Shown here: positions 40,066 through 51,208 of the stretch, in pieces
Numbering within the stretch: the first letter of the stretch is position 1
How the letters are laid out: the number at the start of each line of letters is the position of its first letter
Assembly: GCA_039796775.1 (NCBI GenBank)
Contig: JBDKJD010000002.1
Location: 76,574 to 140,573 of the forward strand
Source: Candidatus Parcubacteria bacterium
Lineage (GTDB): Bacteria > Patescibacteriota > Minisyncoccia > Phycocordibacterales > UBA5272
Reading direction: 5' to 3'
Length of the DNA: 64,000 nt
Program-made: the position numbers and the translations under genes
The notes under the pieces: generated by a model
Database searches by the model: none
What the model saw: the letters and a program-made list of their open reading frames with translations, nothing else
Told to the model about the DNA's origin: nothing

Positions 40066-40836
40066 ATGAAATACAACATAAAACTCAAAACCGAAAGCGA
40101 TATCAAAATACTCCGAGAATCAGGGAGACGGCTTTCGGCTGTCCTAACAGCAGTTTCAAAAGAAGTAAAGCCTGGTGTTTCTACAAAGTATTTGAATGAC
40201 TTCGTCTACACAATGATAACCGACATGGGGGATAAGCCTGCGTTCCTTAACTATCAACCGTTTGGTGCATCGTATCCATATCCTGGAAGTATTTGTATAT
40301 CGGTGAATGAAGAGGTGGTGCACGGTATCGGAAGCGAAGATCACATTCTAGAAGAAGGAGACATTGTAGGGCTTGATGGTGGGGTTAATTATAAAGGAAT
40401 GATATCAGACAGCGCTCGTACTGTAGCTGTTGGGAAGATAAGCGAGGAGGATGAAGAGCTTCTTAGGGTAACTAAAGCAGCGCTTATGGCAGGGATTAAA
40501 GCTGCGGTAGTAGGTAATTATGTGAACGATATATCAAAAGCAATTGAAGCTGCTATTCCAAAAAAGTATGGAGTGGTGAAGATTCTCTCGGGCCACGGTG
40601 TTGGATACAAGGTGCACGAAGAGCCGTATGTTCCTAACTTTGATGACGGTATTAAAGGTCCTAAACTTGTGCCTGGACTTGTGCTTGCTATTGAGCCAAT
40701 GGTTAATATGGGCACAGATGATGTGTATCTCGCTGAAGATGGATACACGTTTATAACAGCAGACCATAAACGCTCAGCCCATTTTGAGCATACTATTTTG
40801 ATTACAGAGAAGGGGCCTGAGATCTTAACAGCTTAG
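40066..40836 (+). CDS. map: methionine aminopeptidase type I
   Basis: Translation. Confidence 0.95.
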   Translation: MKYNIKLKTESDIKILRESGRRLSAVLTAVSKEVKPGVSTKYLNDFVYTMITDMGDKPAFLNYQPFGASYPYPGSICISVNEEVVHGIGSEDHILEEGDIVGLDGGVNYKGMISDSARTVAVGKISEEDEELLRVTKAALMAGIKAAVVGNYVNDISKAIEAAIPKKYGVVKILSGHGVGYKVHEEPYVPNFDDGIKGPKLVPGLVLAIEPMVNMGTDDVYLAEDGYTFITADHKRSAHFEHTILITEKGPEILTA

Positions 40837-40876
40837 AGCTTTTGGTTTTTGGTTACGTGAGATACACTTATTCTAT

Positions 40877-41302
40877 ATGATAGCTTTTTTCTTAAGCAAT
40901 ATTCTTATCAGCTCTCTTTCCCTACTTGCACTTGTTCTCTTTATTATTTCGCTTATTGTTATCATGATGAGATCTCACAAAGGAGATGAGGTGTTAGATG
41001 CGGTACCAGATGCAGCCTCTTCGTCTACTCCTCAAACTACTCCACTGCTACCTACAGATATTCGAGTATCGGATATGTCTATGCGTGAACATGATACGTT
41101 GCCGAGTGTTGATGTGCAAGATCCATTACCGATGGTTACTGCTACAGAATCTCCTCAGTCAACACTTCAGACACAATCATTGCCACCTCTTAGTTCTTGG
41201 AAGCCAAGTGAAGCACAAGCTCCGATAGTGTCAGAAGATACAGATGATCCAAAAACAATAGGGGAAGAGGTGTTATCTACACAAAAGGAAGAGAATAGAT
41301 AG
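40877..41302 (+). CDS. N-terminally membrane-anchored protein with Pro/Ser/Thr-rich disordered region
   Basis: ORF. Confidence 0.35.
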   Translation: MIAFFLSNILISSLSLLALVLFIISLIVIMMRSHKGDEVLDAVPDAASSSTPQTTPLLPTDIRVSDMSMREHDTLPSVDVQDPLPMVTATESPQSTLQTQSLPPLSSWKPSEAQAPIVSEDTDDPKTIGEEVLSTQKEENR

Positions 41303-41343
41303 TTTTCCCTGTTATTTAATCACAATCTTTATATACTTGATAT

Positions 41344-44055
41344 ATGAATAAAGATTTTGGGCTTCTTCAGAATGAAGTCGACCTTCTCCGAGAAAGAATA
41401 AAAGAAAAGCAAGAAAAAGCAAAAGGGTATGAAGACAGATTCACACCAAAAGATAGTGCTCATGAAGTAGTGAGAGACTATAAGTCCACCCCTACAGAAC
41501 GGGTTATTGAAGATAAACACAGAATAAGCGAAGGAGAAAAACATCGCCTTCTAGAGTGGCTCACTCCTCGAGATACTGACAGTCAGGTGAGTATGCTCGC
41601 ACAAGTAATGGCAGAAAAGGGGATCAAAAATGCTCTTGTGATGGCGGAGCAATTATCGAACCCTCAAGTCGAAGATGATTTTGAGCGATTCCTGGTGCAA
41701 TATTTACTCTCAGGTCATTCTGCCAAGAATGATATCAGTAAAGAAGAATGGAAAGCGCTTCATATGAAGCTTTTTGAAGTTGTGCTTCCTCAAGCTGCAG
41801 AAGGCCAAGGGAAACAAATAAAAGAGATGATGGGGCTTATGGAGCAGTGGTACGCTTCTATGCAGGCGCTCGCGAGTGATGTTCTTAATAAAGAAAAAAA
41901 CTATTACTCTCTTGAGCTTTCTGTGGCTAACGGTCAAAAGACAGCTGTATTTTATTGTGCTGTACATATTGATTATGCTCCGCTTTTTGAAAAAGTTGTC
42001 ATCGGAGTATTCCCAACTGCAAAAGTAAAAGAAAATAAAGAAGACTACAATATATTCCACCCTCACGCTATCACGGCGTGCTCATACGCAACCCATAGCA
42101 CTCACCCAGCTCTTCCTATCAAAACGTATGCGAGTATGGAAGGGGATCCGATGTCGCTTCTCTTGTCGTCATTTACTAAAATAGCCAAAGATGATGAAGG
42201 GTTGGCACTACAGATACTGATTCGTCCTTCTGGAGATGTCTTCGCTAAACGTTTCGGTACAATGCTTGAAGATTTGAGAAAAGGGGAGACCTTGAAGCGA
42301 GTTATTGATAAGCAAAGTCTTTTCAAGGAATCGCTTCACATGATAGGAGAAATGTTCTCTTCAAAAACAAAAGAGGAAAAAGAAAAAGAAAAAAAGGATA
42401 ATTTCACCCATGTTGATGAGAATGCGAGCAAGCTTATTCAGGAGAAATTATCTAAAACAATTATAGAAACCAATGTGCGTATTATTTCTGCAGCTCCTAC
42501 TCTCTCCCGCGCTCAAGCACTTCGTGCCGATCTAGAATCCGCTTTTGCTCAATTCTCAGAAGTGGGCGGTAATAGCATTATCTGGAAAGAGGTAGAAGGT
42601 TCTAAACAGAGAGCACTTCTCCACCGTTTCTCATATCGTTTATGGAATGATGATGAGAGTTATCCTCTTAATGTGTCAGAACTTGCTTCACTTTTTCATT
42701 TCCCGATGCAGTCAAAAGATGTTGGGAATGTCCAAGCTGCAACATATACCCAAGCCCAAGCACCAGAAGATCTCGGACAAGAGGGTTCTATTATTGGCAA
42801 AAATATGTATAGAGGAGAAGAGACAACAATTCACTTTGGAAAGGAGGACAGAGTAAGACATATGTATGTTATCGGACAAACAGGTACCGGTAAAACAATT
42901 CTCTTGAAGAATATGATTATTCAAGATATCAAAAATGGTGACGGATGTTGCTTCATTGATCCTCACGGTAGTGATATTATTGATATTTTGGCGAATATTC
43001 CACCTGAGCGAGCAAAAGATGTTGTGTATTTTGATCCCTCATATACCGCGCGCCCAATGGGGCTTAATATGCTCGAATATGATAGAGATAAACCAGAGAC
43101 GAAGACATTCGTAGTAAATGAACTTCTTGGAATATTCAATAAGCTTTTTGATATGAAAGCAACAGGGGGGCCTGGGTTTGAGCAATACTTCCGTAATGCC
43201 ACACTTCTTGTAATGGAACATCCAGAAAGTGGTAATACACTGCTTGATATTTCTCGCGTATTCTCTGACAAAGATTATCGTGACTACAAACTCTCAAAGT
43301 GTAAGAACCCTCTTCTTAATCAATTCTGGGCGAATGCTGAGAAGACTACAGGAGACCAAGGGCTTCAGAACTGGGTACAATATGTTAACTCAAAGTTCGA
43401 TATTTTTATGACCAATGACATCATGAGACCGATCATTGCTCAAGAGAAAAGCGCTTTTAATTTTAGAGAGATTATGGATTCGAAGAAAATTTTCCTCGTG
43501 AATCTTTCAAAAGGACGTCTCGGAGACATGAATGCTTATCTTCTTGGTCTTATCATTGTCGGCAAGTTCTCCCAAGCGGCACTCTCGAGAGTGGATACTC
43601 ATATTCGTCCTGACTTTTATCTTTATATTGATGAATTTCAAAATGTGACTACACCAGCGATTGCGTCTATATTGTCAGAAGCTCGTAAGTATAGATTATC
43701 TCTTACCGTGGCACATCAGTATATTGCACAGCTTCCAGAAGATATTAAAGGGGCAGTCTTTGGTAACGTCGGGTCGATGGCGGTATTCCGCATTTCGCCT
43801 GAGGATGCCAAGTTTTTGGAGCCGCAATTTGCCCCAACGTTTACTGCTAATGATATTATTAAAATTGAGAATTGGCATGCATATGTGAAGTTATTATCAA
43901 ACGGTCAACCGAAGCGACCTTTTGATATAGCTACACTTCCCCCAGATCAAGGGGATAGGAGTAGGATAGAGCCGCTCAAGGAGTTAAGTTATCTCACCTA
44001 TGGTCGTCCGCTTGAAGAAGTTAATGAGGAGATAATGAAGAAGTTTCAGTTTTGA
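41344..44055 (+). CDS. 903-aa HerA/DUF87-like P-loop ATPase with TraG/TraD-type C-terminal region (T4SS coupling-protein-like) and ~450-aa uncharacterized N-terminal extension
   Basis: GQTGTGKT then FIDPHGSD; Walker B YLYIDEFQN; ARKYRLSLTVAHQ. Confidence 0.6.
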   Translation: MNKDFGLLQNEVDLLRERIKEKQEKAKGYEDRFTPKDSAHEVVRDYKSTPTERVIEDKHRISEGEKHRLLEWLTPRDTDSQVSMLAQVMAEKGIKNALVMAEQLSNPQVEDDFERFLVQYLLSGHSAKNDISKEEWKALHMKLFEVVLPQAAEGQGKQIKEMMGLMEQWYASMQALASDVLNKEKNYYSLELSVANGQKTAVFYCAVHIDYAPLFEKVVIGVFPTAKVKENKEDYNIFHPHAITACSYATHSTHPALPIKTYASMEGDPMSLLLSSFTKIAKDDEGLALQILIRPSGDVFAKRFGTMLEDLRKGETLKRVIDKQSLFKESLHMIGEMFSSKTKEEKEKEKKDNFTHVDENASKLIQEKLSKTIIETNVRIISAAPTLSRAQALRADLESAFAQFSEVGGNSIIWKEVEGSKQRALLHRFSYRLWNDDESYPLNVSELASLFHFPMQSKDVGNVQAATYTQAQAPEDLGQEGSIIGKNMYRGEETTIHFGKEDRVRHMYVIGQTGTGKTILLKNMIIQDIKNGDGCCFIDPHGSDIIDILANIPPERAKDVVYFDPSYTARPMGLNMLEYDRDKPETKTFVVNELLGIFNKLFDMKATGGPGFEQYFRNATLLVMEHPESGNTLLDISRVFSDKDYRDYKLSKCKNPLLNQFWANAEKTTGDQGLQNWVQYVNSKFDIFMTNDIMRPIIAQEKSAFNFREIMDSKKIFLVNLSKGRLGDMNAYLLGLIIVGKFSQAALSRVDTHIRPDFYLYIDEFQNVTTPAIASILSEARKYRLSLTVAHQYIAQLPEDIKGAVFGNVGSMAVFRISPEDAKFLEPQFAPTFTANDIIKIENWHAYVKLLSNGQPKRPFDIATLPPDQGDRSRIEPLKELSYLTYGRPLEEVNEEIMKKFQF

Positions 44056-44085
44056 GGATAGTTATCGATTATACATGAATCGATA

Positions 44086-44120
44086 AAAAGAACGAGGCCG
44101 TAGGCCTCGTTCTTTTTAAG
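44086..44120. terminator. bidirectional terminator between the ATPase gene and efp, GUAG loop
   Basis: aagaacgaggcc gtag gcctcgttcttttt. Confidence 0.6.
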
Positions 44121-44148
44121 ATATTTTAGAATAACTTTTCTTATTATA

Positions 44149-44736
44149 TTACTCCTTCCCTGCTCGTTCTACGTATTCACCAGTGTCGGTGTTAACAATG
44201 ATTTTTTCTCCAGCTTCAATGAAAAGTGGTGTAGTAACCTGAGCTCCTGTTTCTAGGGTGACGAGCTTACCTCCGCCGGATGCGGTATTACCTTTGATGG
44301 CAGGAGGGGCTTCTTTGACCTCAAATGTCATCTTCACTGGAAGTGTGACACCGATGTACTTTTCTTCATCATCTAAGGTGAATACTTTAACATCAACCAC
44401 TGTGTTATCTTTTAAGAATTTTGATTGATCTCCAATTATCTCTCCATCAATCTGGAAGCGCTTAGCGCGATCCTTTGGATCACAGAACCAGAACTCCCCC
44501 TTGTTGGCGTAGAGAAAGATAGCCTCTTTACGACTTATTTCTGCTTCTTCTGCTGTGTCTGATGCATGAAATGTACCTGGAACAACTTTTCCATTTAACA
44601 TGTTACGCATGCGTACTTGGTTTTGAGGCTTACGCTTTTGTGTGCGAGCTACGTGTGATTCAAGTATTTCAAAAGGAACGTCATCAACGAGGATGAACTT
44701 GCGAGGTTTAATTTCATCGTAATCAAGTGTTGCCAT
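44149..44736 (-). CDS. efp: elongation factor P
   Basis: Translation. Confidence 0.9.
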   Translation of the reverse strand: MATLDYDEIKPRKFILVDDVPFEILESHVARTQKRKPQNQVRMRNMLNGKVVPGTFHASDTAEEAEISRKEAIFLYANKGEFWFCDPKDRAKRFQIDGEIIGDQSKFLKDNTVVDVKVFTLDDEEKYIGVTLPVKMTFEVKEAPPAIKGNTASGGGKLVTLETGAQVTTPLFIEAGEKIIVNTDTGEYVERAGKE

Positions 44737-45099
44737 AGGTGGTTAATAGTTACTGGTTAATAGTTACTGGTTAAATACAGAATGCAAAAATGCAAAACAG
44801 TATTTGAATAGTAGAATTCTATCAAAAATAGGGGAATGTGGCAAAAGTAAAAGATACAGTGTAGAACGCTCAAAGATTATGATATATCGTCATAAACACC
44901 TTTTTAAGGAGAATGTTTTATGCGGGTACAAGAAAAGATTTACCGAAGAGGGGAAGTTCCAGAACTTTCAGTACCCAAGAATCTACCTCACAATATGTTT
45001 GAGGTGAATGTTAAGTCCCACTCTCAAGAAGGGACATTGATGTATCGCTAGATTGATGCAGCTGCTGCACTTGCTCACATTGATTTCATCGAGAAACAG

Positions 45100-45342
45100 A
45101 TGACACGCAGCGATCGTGCCGCTAATCCAAGTGATTATTGGCTTTCTGTGCACACAGAAACAGTCCACTTCCAGAGGATGGAGATGTTCTGCCCACTTCC
45201 TCGCTTCATGAAACCGAGGAGTTCTGGCTGTGTGCCAAAAGGTTTCACTTTAGCAGACGTTTTTGTCAAAAAGCAAAGTAGGTGGAAACATGACGTGCCG
45301 AAATATGCTAAGCATAAACCAAAATCCTTCGTCGCCAAATAA
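45100..45342 (+). CDS. small hypothetical protein; followed by G-U-containing hairpin terminator at 45377-45404
   Basis: ORF plus terminator. Confidence 0.2.
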   Translation: MTRSDRAANPSDYWLSVHTETVHFQRMEMFCPLPRFMKPRSSGCVPKGFTLADVFVKKQSRWKHDVPKYAKHKPKSFVAK

Positions 45343-45471
45343 CGATTAAGCAAAAATGGTTGAACTTTCTCAAAACAGCCTCTCTACAAGAGGTTGTTTT
45401 CTTTTTTGGTTGTGATTGTTTTAACCCAAATAAAGGGCAAAGGGTTAATAAGAGAGGTATGAGTGAGCATC

Positions 45472-45503
45472 AAAAGGGTCGCGCGAAGCGCGACCCTTTT
45501 AAG
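45472..45503. terminator. terminator downstream of recA
   Basis: aagggtcgcgc gaag cgcgaccctttt. Confidence 0.55.
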
Positions 45504-45545
45504 GCTCTAGACTAGTTACTAATCACTAGTCGCTAACTCACTGCC

Positions 45546-46637
45546 TTACTCCGGCTGCTCGTCTTCTTCAGAGTCAGGGGAGCCTGCATACGACAATGCT
45601 CCAGATTCTAATTCTTTACGTATTGCTTTATCAAGAGCATTTTTTACTTTTGTATTTTCACGGAGATAGGTACGTGCAGCATCATATCCGCGACCAAGTT
45701 TTTCTTCACCAAATGAATAGCTAGCACCTGATTTGGTAACAAGCTTGAACTTCTCACCGAGCGCCAAGAGTTCTCCTTCTTGTGAGATACCTTCGTTATA
45801 CATAATATCGAACTCCGTTGTCTTAAATGGTGCTGCGACTTTGTTCTTTACTATTTTCACCTTTGTACGAGCTCCGACAACTTCTTCTCCTTTCTTTATC
45901 TGTGCAATTTTACGAATATCGATACGAACAGAGGAGTAGAACTTAAGTGCCTTTCCTCCTGGAGTTGTCTCTGGATTACCGAACATCACACCAATCTGCA
46001 TACGGATTTGATTGATAAACACAATTACAGTCTTAGACTTGTGTGCGATACCTGTTAACTTGCGAAGTGCTTGAGACATGAGACGGGCTTGCTTGCCTAC
46101 ATGTTGTGCACCCATATCGCCCTCAATTTCATCTTTAGGTGTAAGAGCAGCTACTGAGTCGATGATGAGCACATCCACTTGTCCGCTTCTGACGAGAGAC
46201 TCTGCAATTTCGAGCGCTTGTTCTCCATTATCTGGTTGAGAGATGAGAAGTTCATTGATATTAACACCAAGCTTCTTGGCGTATTCTGGATCCATCGCAT
46301 GTTCAGCATCAACAAAGGCACAAATGCCTCCCATTTTTTGAGCCTCTGCGATGACATGTAATGTAAGTGTTGTTTTACCTGAAGATTCTGGTCCGAATAT
46401 TTCTACGATTCTTCCACGGGGGAGTCCGCCTACACCGAGTGCAGCATCAAGTCCAATAGACCCAGTAGGCACAACACCGATATCTACCTTTGGAGCGTCA
46501 CCAAGTTTCATAATAGCTCCTTCACCGAATTTGTTTTGTATTTCACGGAGGAGGGCATCAGAATTAGCTTTTCCTGTTGTGTCGGATGATTTTGTGCCGA
46601 GTGTTTTTTCTGCTTTTTTGACTTTCTTTTTCATCAT
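45546..46637 (-). CDS. recA: recombinase RecA
   Basis: [10 protein letters not shown] and full RecA core. Confidence 0.97.
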   Translation of the reverse strand: MMKKKVKKAEKTLGTKSSDTTGKANSDALLREIQNKFGEGAIMKLGDAPKVDIGVVPTGSIGLDAALGVGGLPRGRIVEIFGPESSGKTTLTLHVIAEAQKMGGICAFVDAEHAMDPEYAKKLGVNINELLISQPDNGEQALEIAESLVRSGQVDVLIIDSVAALTPKDEIEGDMGAQHVGKQARLMSQALRKLTGIAHKSKTVIVFINQIRMQIGVMFGNPETTPGGKALKFYSSVRIDIRKIAQIKKGEEVVGARTKVKIVKNKVAAPFKTTEFDIMYNEGISQEGELLALGEKFKLVTKSGASYSFGEEKLGRGYDAARTYLRENTKVKNALDKAIRKELESGALSYAGSPDSEEDEQPE

Positions 46638-46643
46638 AGAGAT

Positions 46644-46997
46644 TTATTGGGGGATAATGTGAATAGTTTTTGTAACTGTCTTACCATAAAAGTCAGTAGC
46701 AGTTAGTACAAGTATAGTATAGGGAGGGGAAGCAACCAAGCGTTCTCTAAAATGCCCTCCAGTATCTATAGGAATAGGACGACCTTGCAAAGTTATTTCT
46801 TTGACTTTGGTCACTTTGCCTGATATTTCAAAAGAAGATGTTGCTACATAATCTCCATCATTTGGGTAATATACTTCAATGTTTGGACCAAGGAGAAGTG
46901 GGAGCGCTCGTAATGTTCCGTAGATAACACCAAAACTAAGTAGAGAGACGAGGATTATCTTTTCTATTCTTTTTCTGGAATCTTCGTGAGGGAACAT
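46644..46997 (-). CDS. small membrane-anchored hypothetical protein between ftsK and recA
   Basis: ORF. Confidence 0.3.
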   Translation of the reverse strand: MFPHEDSRKRIEKIILVSLLSFGVIYGTLRALPLLLGPNIEVYYPNDGDYVATSSFEISGKVTKVKEITLQGRPIPIDTGGHFRERLVASPPYTILVLTATDFYGKTVTKTIHIIPQ

Positions 46998-47005
46998 GAG
47001 AGCTT

Positions 47006-49315
47006 TTATCTAAAGAGATTATCTACCGTTGTATCTTTTTGATGTGAAGATGTTTCTCCAAGCGTTATTTCTTCTTCGGGATTAGAAGGGGAGTCAGTCT
47101 TACCGAGAAGTATTTCTCTGTATCGTTCGCCACTTTTTGCGCTGCCTATAACACCAAAGTGTTCAAGATCATTCATGATACGAGCAGCTTTGTTATACCC
47201 CCAACGGAATGCAGTCTGAAGTGCCGATGTGGATGCTTTGCCTGTAGCGATGACATAATCTTTAGCACTTAGATAATCTTCATCATCTGGTTCTTCTCCA
47301 CTTGCTTCACCAGGCTCTTCACTGTTTCCACTTGTTTGGCCTACTTTTACTTTTGATATATCGATCATATCAGGTACGAAATCTATATGAGATTCTTTGA
47401 TATGAGAAACCACAGCTTTGATCTCTTCCATTGATATGAATGGTGCTTGTATGCGCACTAGTCGTGGATTATCAGATGCCATATAGAGCATGTCACCATT
47501 ACCGAGAAGATCTTCGGCACCGGATGCGTCCAAGATGGTACGAGAGTCTATTTGAGACGTTGTCTTAAGCGCTATACGAGCTGGGATATTGGCCTTGATT
47601 GTTCCGGTGATTACTTTTACATCCGGTCTTTGTGTGGCCAAGATAAGATGAATACCCGCTGCACGGCCTTTTTGGGTGAGGGAGGTGATAAGCGGACTTA
47701 TTTCTTTTGGATACGAGAGCATGAAGTCGTTGTATTCATCGAAGATAATCACAACATAAGGAAGCTTAGGAGGGAGACCTGTGACTTGATCACCTACATG
47801 GCCTTTTTTGCGAGCTTTATCCAACGCAGGGGAGAGAACTTTTTTGTTATAGTCACTCACGTTTACTTGACCGTGTTCTGCGAGTACCTCATAACGGCGT
47901 TCCATTTCTTGAATCGCCCAGTTAAGTGCTTTGATTGCCCCCTTCGGCTCTTTTATTACCGGAGTGTAGAGATGAGGGAGATTGTGGTATGCGGTGAATT
48001 CTACACGCTTAGGATCGAGGATGATGAGCTTCAGATCATATGGAGAATTCTTATAGAGCATTGAAATGATCAAGTTCTGAAGCGTTACTGACTTACCTGT
48101 TCTGGTAGCTCCAGCTACGAGTAAGTGCGGCATCTTCTCTAAGTCTCCAAATACGGGCTTACCGATGATGCTTTTACCAACAGCCAAAAGTAATGGTCCT
48201 GCATTTTTGAACTCATCAAGTTCAAGCATAGAACGGAGTCCGAGCGTTGCCTTTCTTTCATTTGGTACTTCTATACCTACCAGCGTCTTACCTGGTATCG
48301 GAGCTTCTATGCGAAGGAATTCTGAACCGAGTTCCATGGCGAGGTTGTCATGGAGCGCGACGACTTTGGAGAGGTTCACACCTTGAGCTGGCTTTAAGGT
48401 GAATTGTGTTACTGTTGGGCCGACGGTTACCTCACCCATCTCTACATTAATACGGAAGTGTGCGAGTGTGCGTTTGATAGTTTCCATCTTACTCTTACTG
48501 TCACCTGCACCTGACTTCCCACTGTCAACATTTAATAGATCAAGCGGAGGAGGAACGAATTCGGGGGTGAGGATGATTGGTTTCTGTAGAGACACTTTCT
48601 TTTCTTTTCTAGGAGCTTCTTCTTCTGGAGAAAGTTCGCCAAAAAGTTCATTACGTAAATCCCTTGTCTCATCTTCTTGTTCGTTTTCTATGATAGGTGT
48701 CTGATCTCCTATTGTTGCCACTTCATCAACAGTCTCTTCTTCTTGCTCAGGTGACACCTGTGTAGGCACTTCTTTTTTTGTAAAAAGTGTAGACACAAAA
48801 GAAACAAGGGAGAGGATTAGCACTTCTACTTTTTCAAAAGAAGGTTTTCGCTCAAGAGTGATGATCGCTCCAATAATAGACAGCCCTAATACAATAAAGA
48901 AACTAGGGAGCTTAGAGAACGACTCAACAAGCGGAGATGATGTCGCAACTCCGAGCCATCCACCAAAATTTTTACCAAAGAGAATAGTACCAAGAGCGCT
49001 CACTCCTATCATAAGAATGATTCCACCAATACATGGCATAGTTCTTAGCTCAGGTAATTCTTCTTTCCATAAATGATATGATGCATACAAAAAAACAAGG
49101 GGGGTTAAGTATGTGTACACGCCAATTAAATTGTATATACCATTAAAGAGAACCTCACCTCCTTTTCCTCCTGCGTGCACCATAGAGAAGATGAGCAAGA
49201 CGGCGACCATGAGACATACAACAGCGAGCACCCCTAGTATTGTTTCAGTCAAGAGAGGTTCTTTCGTTTTTCTTTTTCGGAGACGAGGAACATCCTCAGA
49301 GATTTCTTTTGGCAT
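47006..49315 (-). CDS. ftsK: DNA translocase FtsK/SpoIIIE
   Basis: N-terminal TM region, motor domain AGATRTGKSV...ILDPK, gamma-domain-like C-terminus. Confidence 0.9.
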   Translation of the reverse strand: MPKEISEDVPRLRKRKTKEPLLTETILGVLAVVCLMVAVLLIFSMVHAGGKGGEVLFNGIYNLIGVYTYLTPLVFLYASYHLWKEELPELRTMPCIGGIILMIGVSALGTILFGKNFGGWLGVATSSPLVESFSKLPSFFIVLGLSIIGAIITLERKPSFEKVEVLILSLVSFVSTLFTKKEVPTQVSPEQEEETVDEVATIGDQTPIIENEQEDETRDLRNELFGELSPEEEAPRKEKKVSLQKPIILTPEFVPPPLDLLNVDSGKSGAGDSKSKMETIKRTLAHFRINVEMGEVTVGPTVTQFTLKPAQGVNLSKVVALHDNLAMELGSEFLRIEAPIPGKTLVGIEVPNERKATLGLRSMLELDEFKNAGPLLLAVGKSIIGKPVFGDLEKMPHLLVAGATRTGKSVTLQNLIISMLYKNSPYDLKLIILDPKRVEFTAYHNLPHLYTPVIKEPKGAIKALNWAIQEMERRYEVLAEHGQVNVSDYNKKVLSPALDKARKKGHVGDQVTGLPPKLPYVVIIFDEYNDFMLSYPKEISPLITSLTQKGRAAGIHLILATQRPDVKVITGTIKANIPARIALKTTSQIDSRTILDASGAEDLLGNGDMLYMASDNPRLVRIQAPFISMEEIKAVVSHIKESHIDFVPDMIDISKVKVGQTSGNSEEPGEASGEEPDDEDYLSAKDYVIATGKASTSALQTAFRWGYNKAARIMNDLEHFGVIGSAKSGERYREILLGKTDSPSNPEEEITLGETSSHQKDTTVDNLFR

Positions 49316-49660
49316 AGATGTATAGTAGAGAATACATATAGTATATCAGCACATGAAGAGTGTTCTGTAGGGATAAATGAATATGATCGATACTGGTACG
49401 AAACCTCTAGAGTGAGAGAGTGTGTGCTATCTGTATTGAGTAAAGAAGGTGGAAATAAAGATAAGCAAGAGTCGAAAGAAAAGGAACACAAAATATATAT
49501 AAGACAAGTCTTTACAGGAAAAATAAAAGGCATAGAATAGGGGACATAGAAATGAAATGTGTACTTTATTTATTGAAAGTAAAAGATGTAGTCTTTTATG
49601 CAATAAGACAAAAGATAACACATATTAAAAGACATATTAAAAACTAAAAGACAATCGATT

Positions 49661-50527
49661 ATGGACAGCATCTCTGCAAATGAACATAAAATAATGATTT
49701 CTAAAAAGACAGAAAGATTGGTCTCTGCTCTCTATTTGGTAATTAACTTGGTTGAAGAAAAAGAACCGATAAAGCACGCTATTAAAATGAATGCAGTTAC
49801 TCTCCTCGCGAATGTCGCCAATCTCAACCAAAGAGACTTAAAAGACATAAATAAATTCGTACAAGAATCATCAAAGACAATAGAAGAAATATTGTCCCTT
49901 ATCACTGTGGCGCTGAACACTGGACTGGTCTCCGAGATGAATGCCACACTACTGAGAAATCATTTTGTTAAGTTACAGTCCGCGATACAAAAAAGACAAT
50001 TCACAGTACATGAACATTCTCTGATGATAGATGATGAGAATAAACTTGATTCAGAAATAGAGAAGAAAAAAGTATCTGAGTCACCTTCGCTTTCATTAGC
50101 CCAAAGGCTTCACTACTTAGAAGAAAGCAAAGAAGCAAGCGCAAGAACTGGGGAACAGATAGAAAGAGAAAGACTTCTTAGGTCTCTTGAGCGAGATAAG
50201 AAGCCGCCCATTAAAGACAATAATATGTCCTTAATGAATAAGACAAAAATATCTCCTTCATCAACTCAATCTACTCACACCTTTTTGTTTAAAGAGTCTT
50301 ATGCTAAAGATAAGCTCTCTTCTTCATTCCAGATGAAGAAGACTTCAAGACGAGATCAGATTCTGGCCCTTTTTGTAAAAGGAGTAGATGTGAGTATAAA
50401 AGACATAGCTTCAAAAATACGAGGATGTAGTGAGAAGACTATACAAAGAGAATTGAACACCCTCGTGTATGACAATGTTATTGAGCGAATAGGGGAAAAG
50501 CGTTGGAGTAGATATATCCTTAGATAG
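49661..50527 (+). CDS. putative transcriptional regulator with C-terminal DeoR-type winged helix
   Basis: C-terminal SIKDIASKIRGCSEKTIQRELNTLVYDNVIERIGEKRWSRYIL. Confidence 0.4.
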   Translation: MDSISANEHKIMISKKTERLVSALYLVINLVEEKEPIKHAIKMNAVTLLANVANLNQRDLKDINKFVQESSKTIEEILSLITVALNTGLVSEMNATLLRNHFVKLQSAIQKRQFTVHEHSLMIDDENKLDSEIEKKKVSESPSLSLAQRLHYLEESKEASARTGEQIERERLLRSLERDKKPPIKDNNMSLMNKTKISPSSTQSTHTFLFKESYAKDKLSSSFQMKKTSRRDQILALFVKGVDVSIKDIASKIRGCSEKTIQRELNTLVYDNVIERIGEKRWSRYILR

Positions 50528-51208
50528 TTACTAGTTTTTAGTTACTGGTTACTAGAGATTAAAGACTCGCATAATAGATTTACTAATGTTTCTTTGTTAT
50601 CTATTTTGTTACAGTATCTGCCCTCCCAAGATTCTGAGCGTTGAGCAGCTATTTTTCCTCACTGTTTAGGTTATGTGTGAGCTTCGGCACCCTAGTAACC
50701 ATAAACTGGTAACCAGCAACTATTTTTGACTTTTGATGGCTAAAATGAGATAATAAAGGGATAGTACAGTAATGTACTATAAATAGTTTTATCCACATGT
50801 ATCCGAAGAGAATCATTGATTCTCTTTATATGCATAGATATACTATTTGTAGACGTCTCTGTTTGAGAGCGTCCTCTGGTATTTGAGATACATTTATAAG
50901 GTATCTTGAAGACAGGTTAAGATCATTGACAACAGAATAGTGACGCAAGAAGACTAAGTGAGCCTTTCCTTACAATGTTATTTTTTATTGAGGCGATAAC
51001 AATAATCTATTTAAAACATAGATCGTTACCTTCTTTAAAAAAATGTGATGGTAAGAAAAGTACTCGTTATCTATTACGCTTACATTCGATTGTTAAAGAT
51101 CGTCTGTCAAAAAAATGTACATGTTAGTTTATGTCGAAACTATTACAAACATGTACAGTGTGCTTCCTTAAAAGAAGTACATCACGTACTTATAAAAATC
51201 ATAACGTT

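Noticed and set aside
47552-49076. Several plus-strand ORFs (47552-48064, 48165-48386, 48399-48704, 48858-49076)
   Set aside because: All antisense within ftsK.
51131-51208. N-terminal extension of the giant gene (MSKLLQTCTVCFLKRS...)
   Set aside because: A classical signal peptide starts at the downstream Met (51209/51224); the upstream part overlaps the ATGTACA repeat motifs and is more likely leader.
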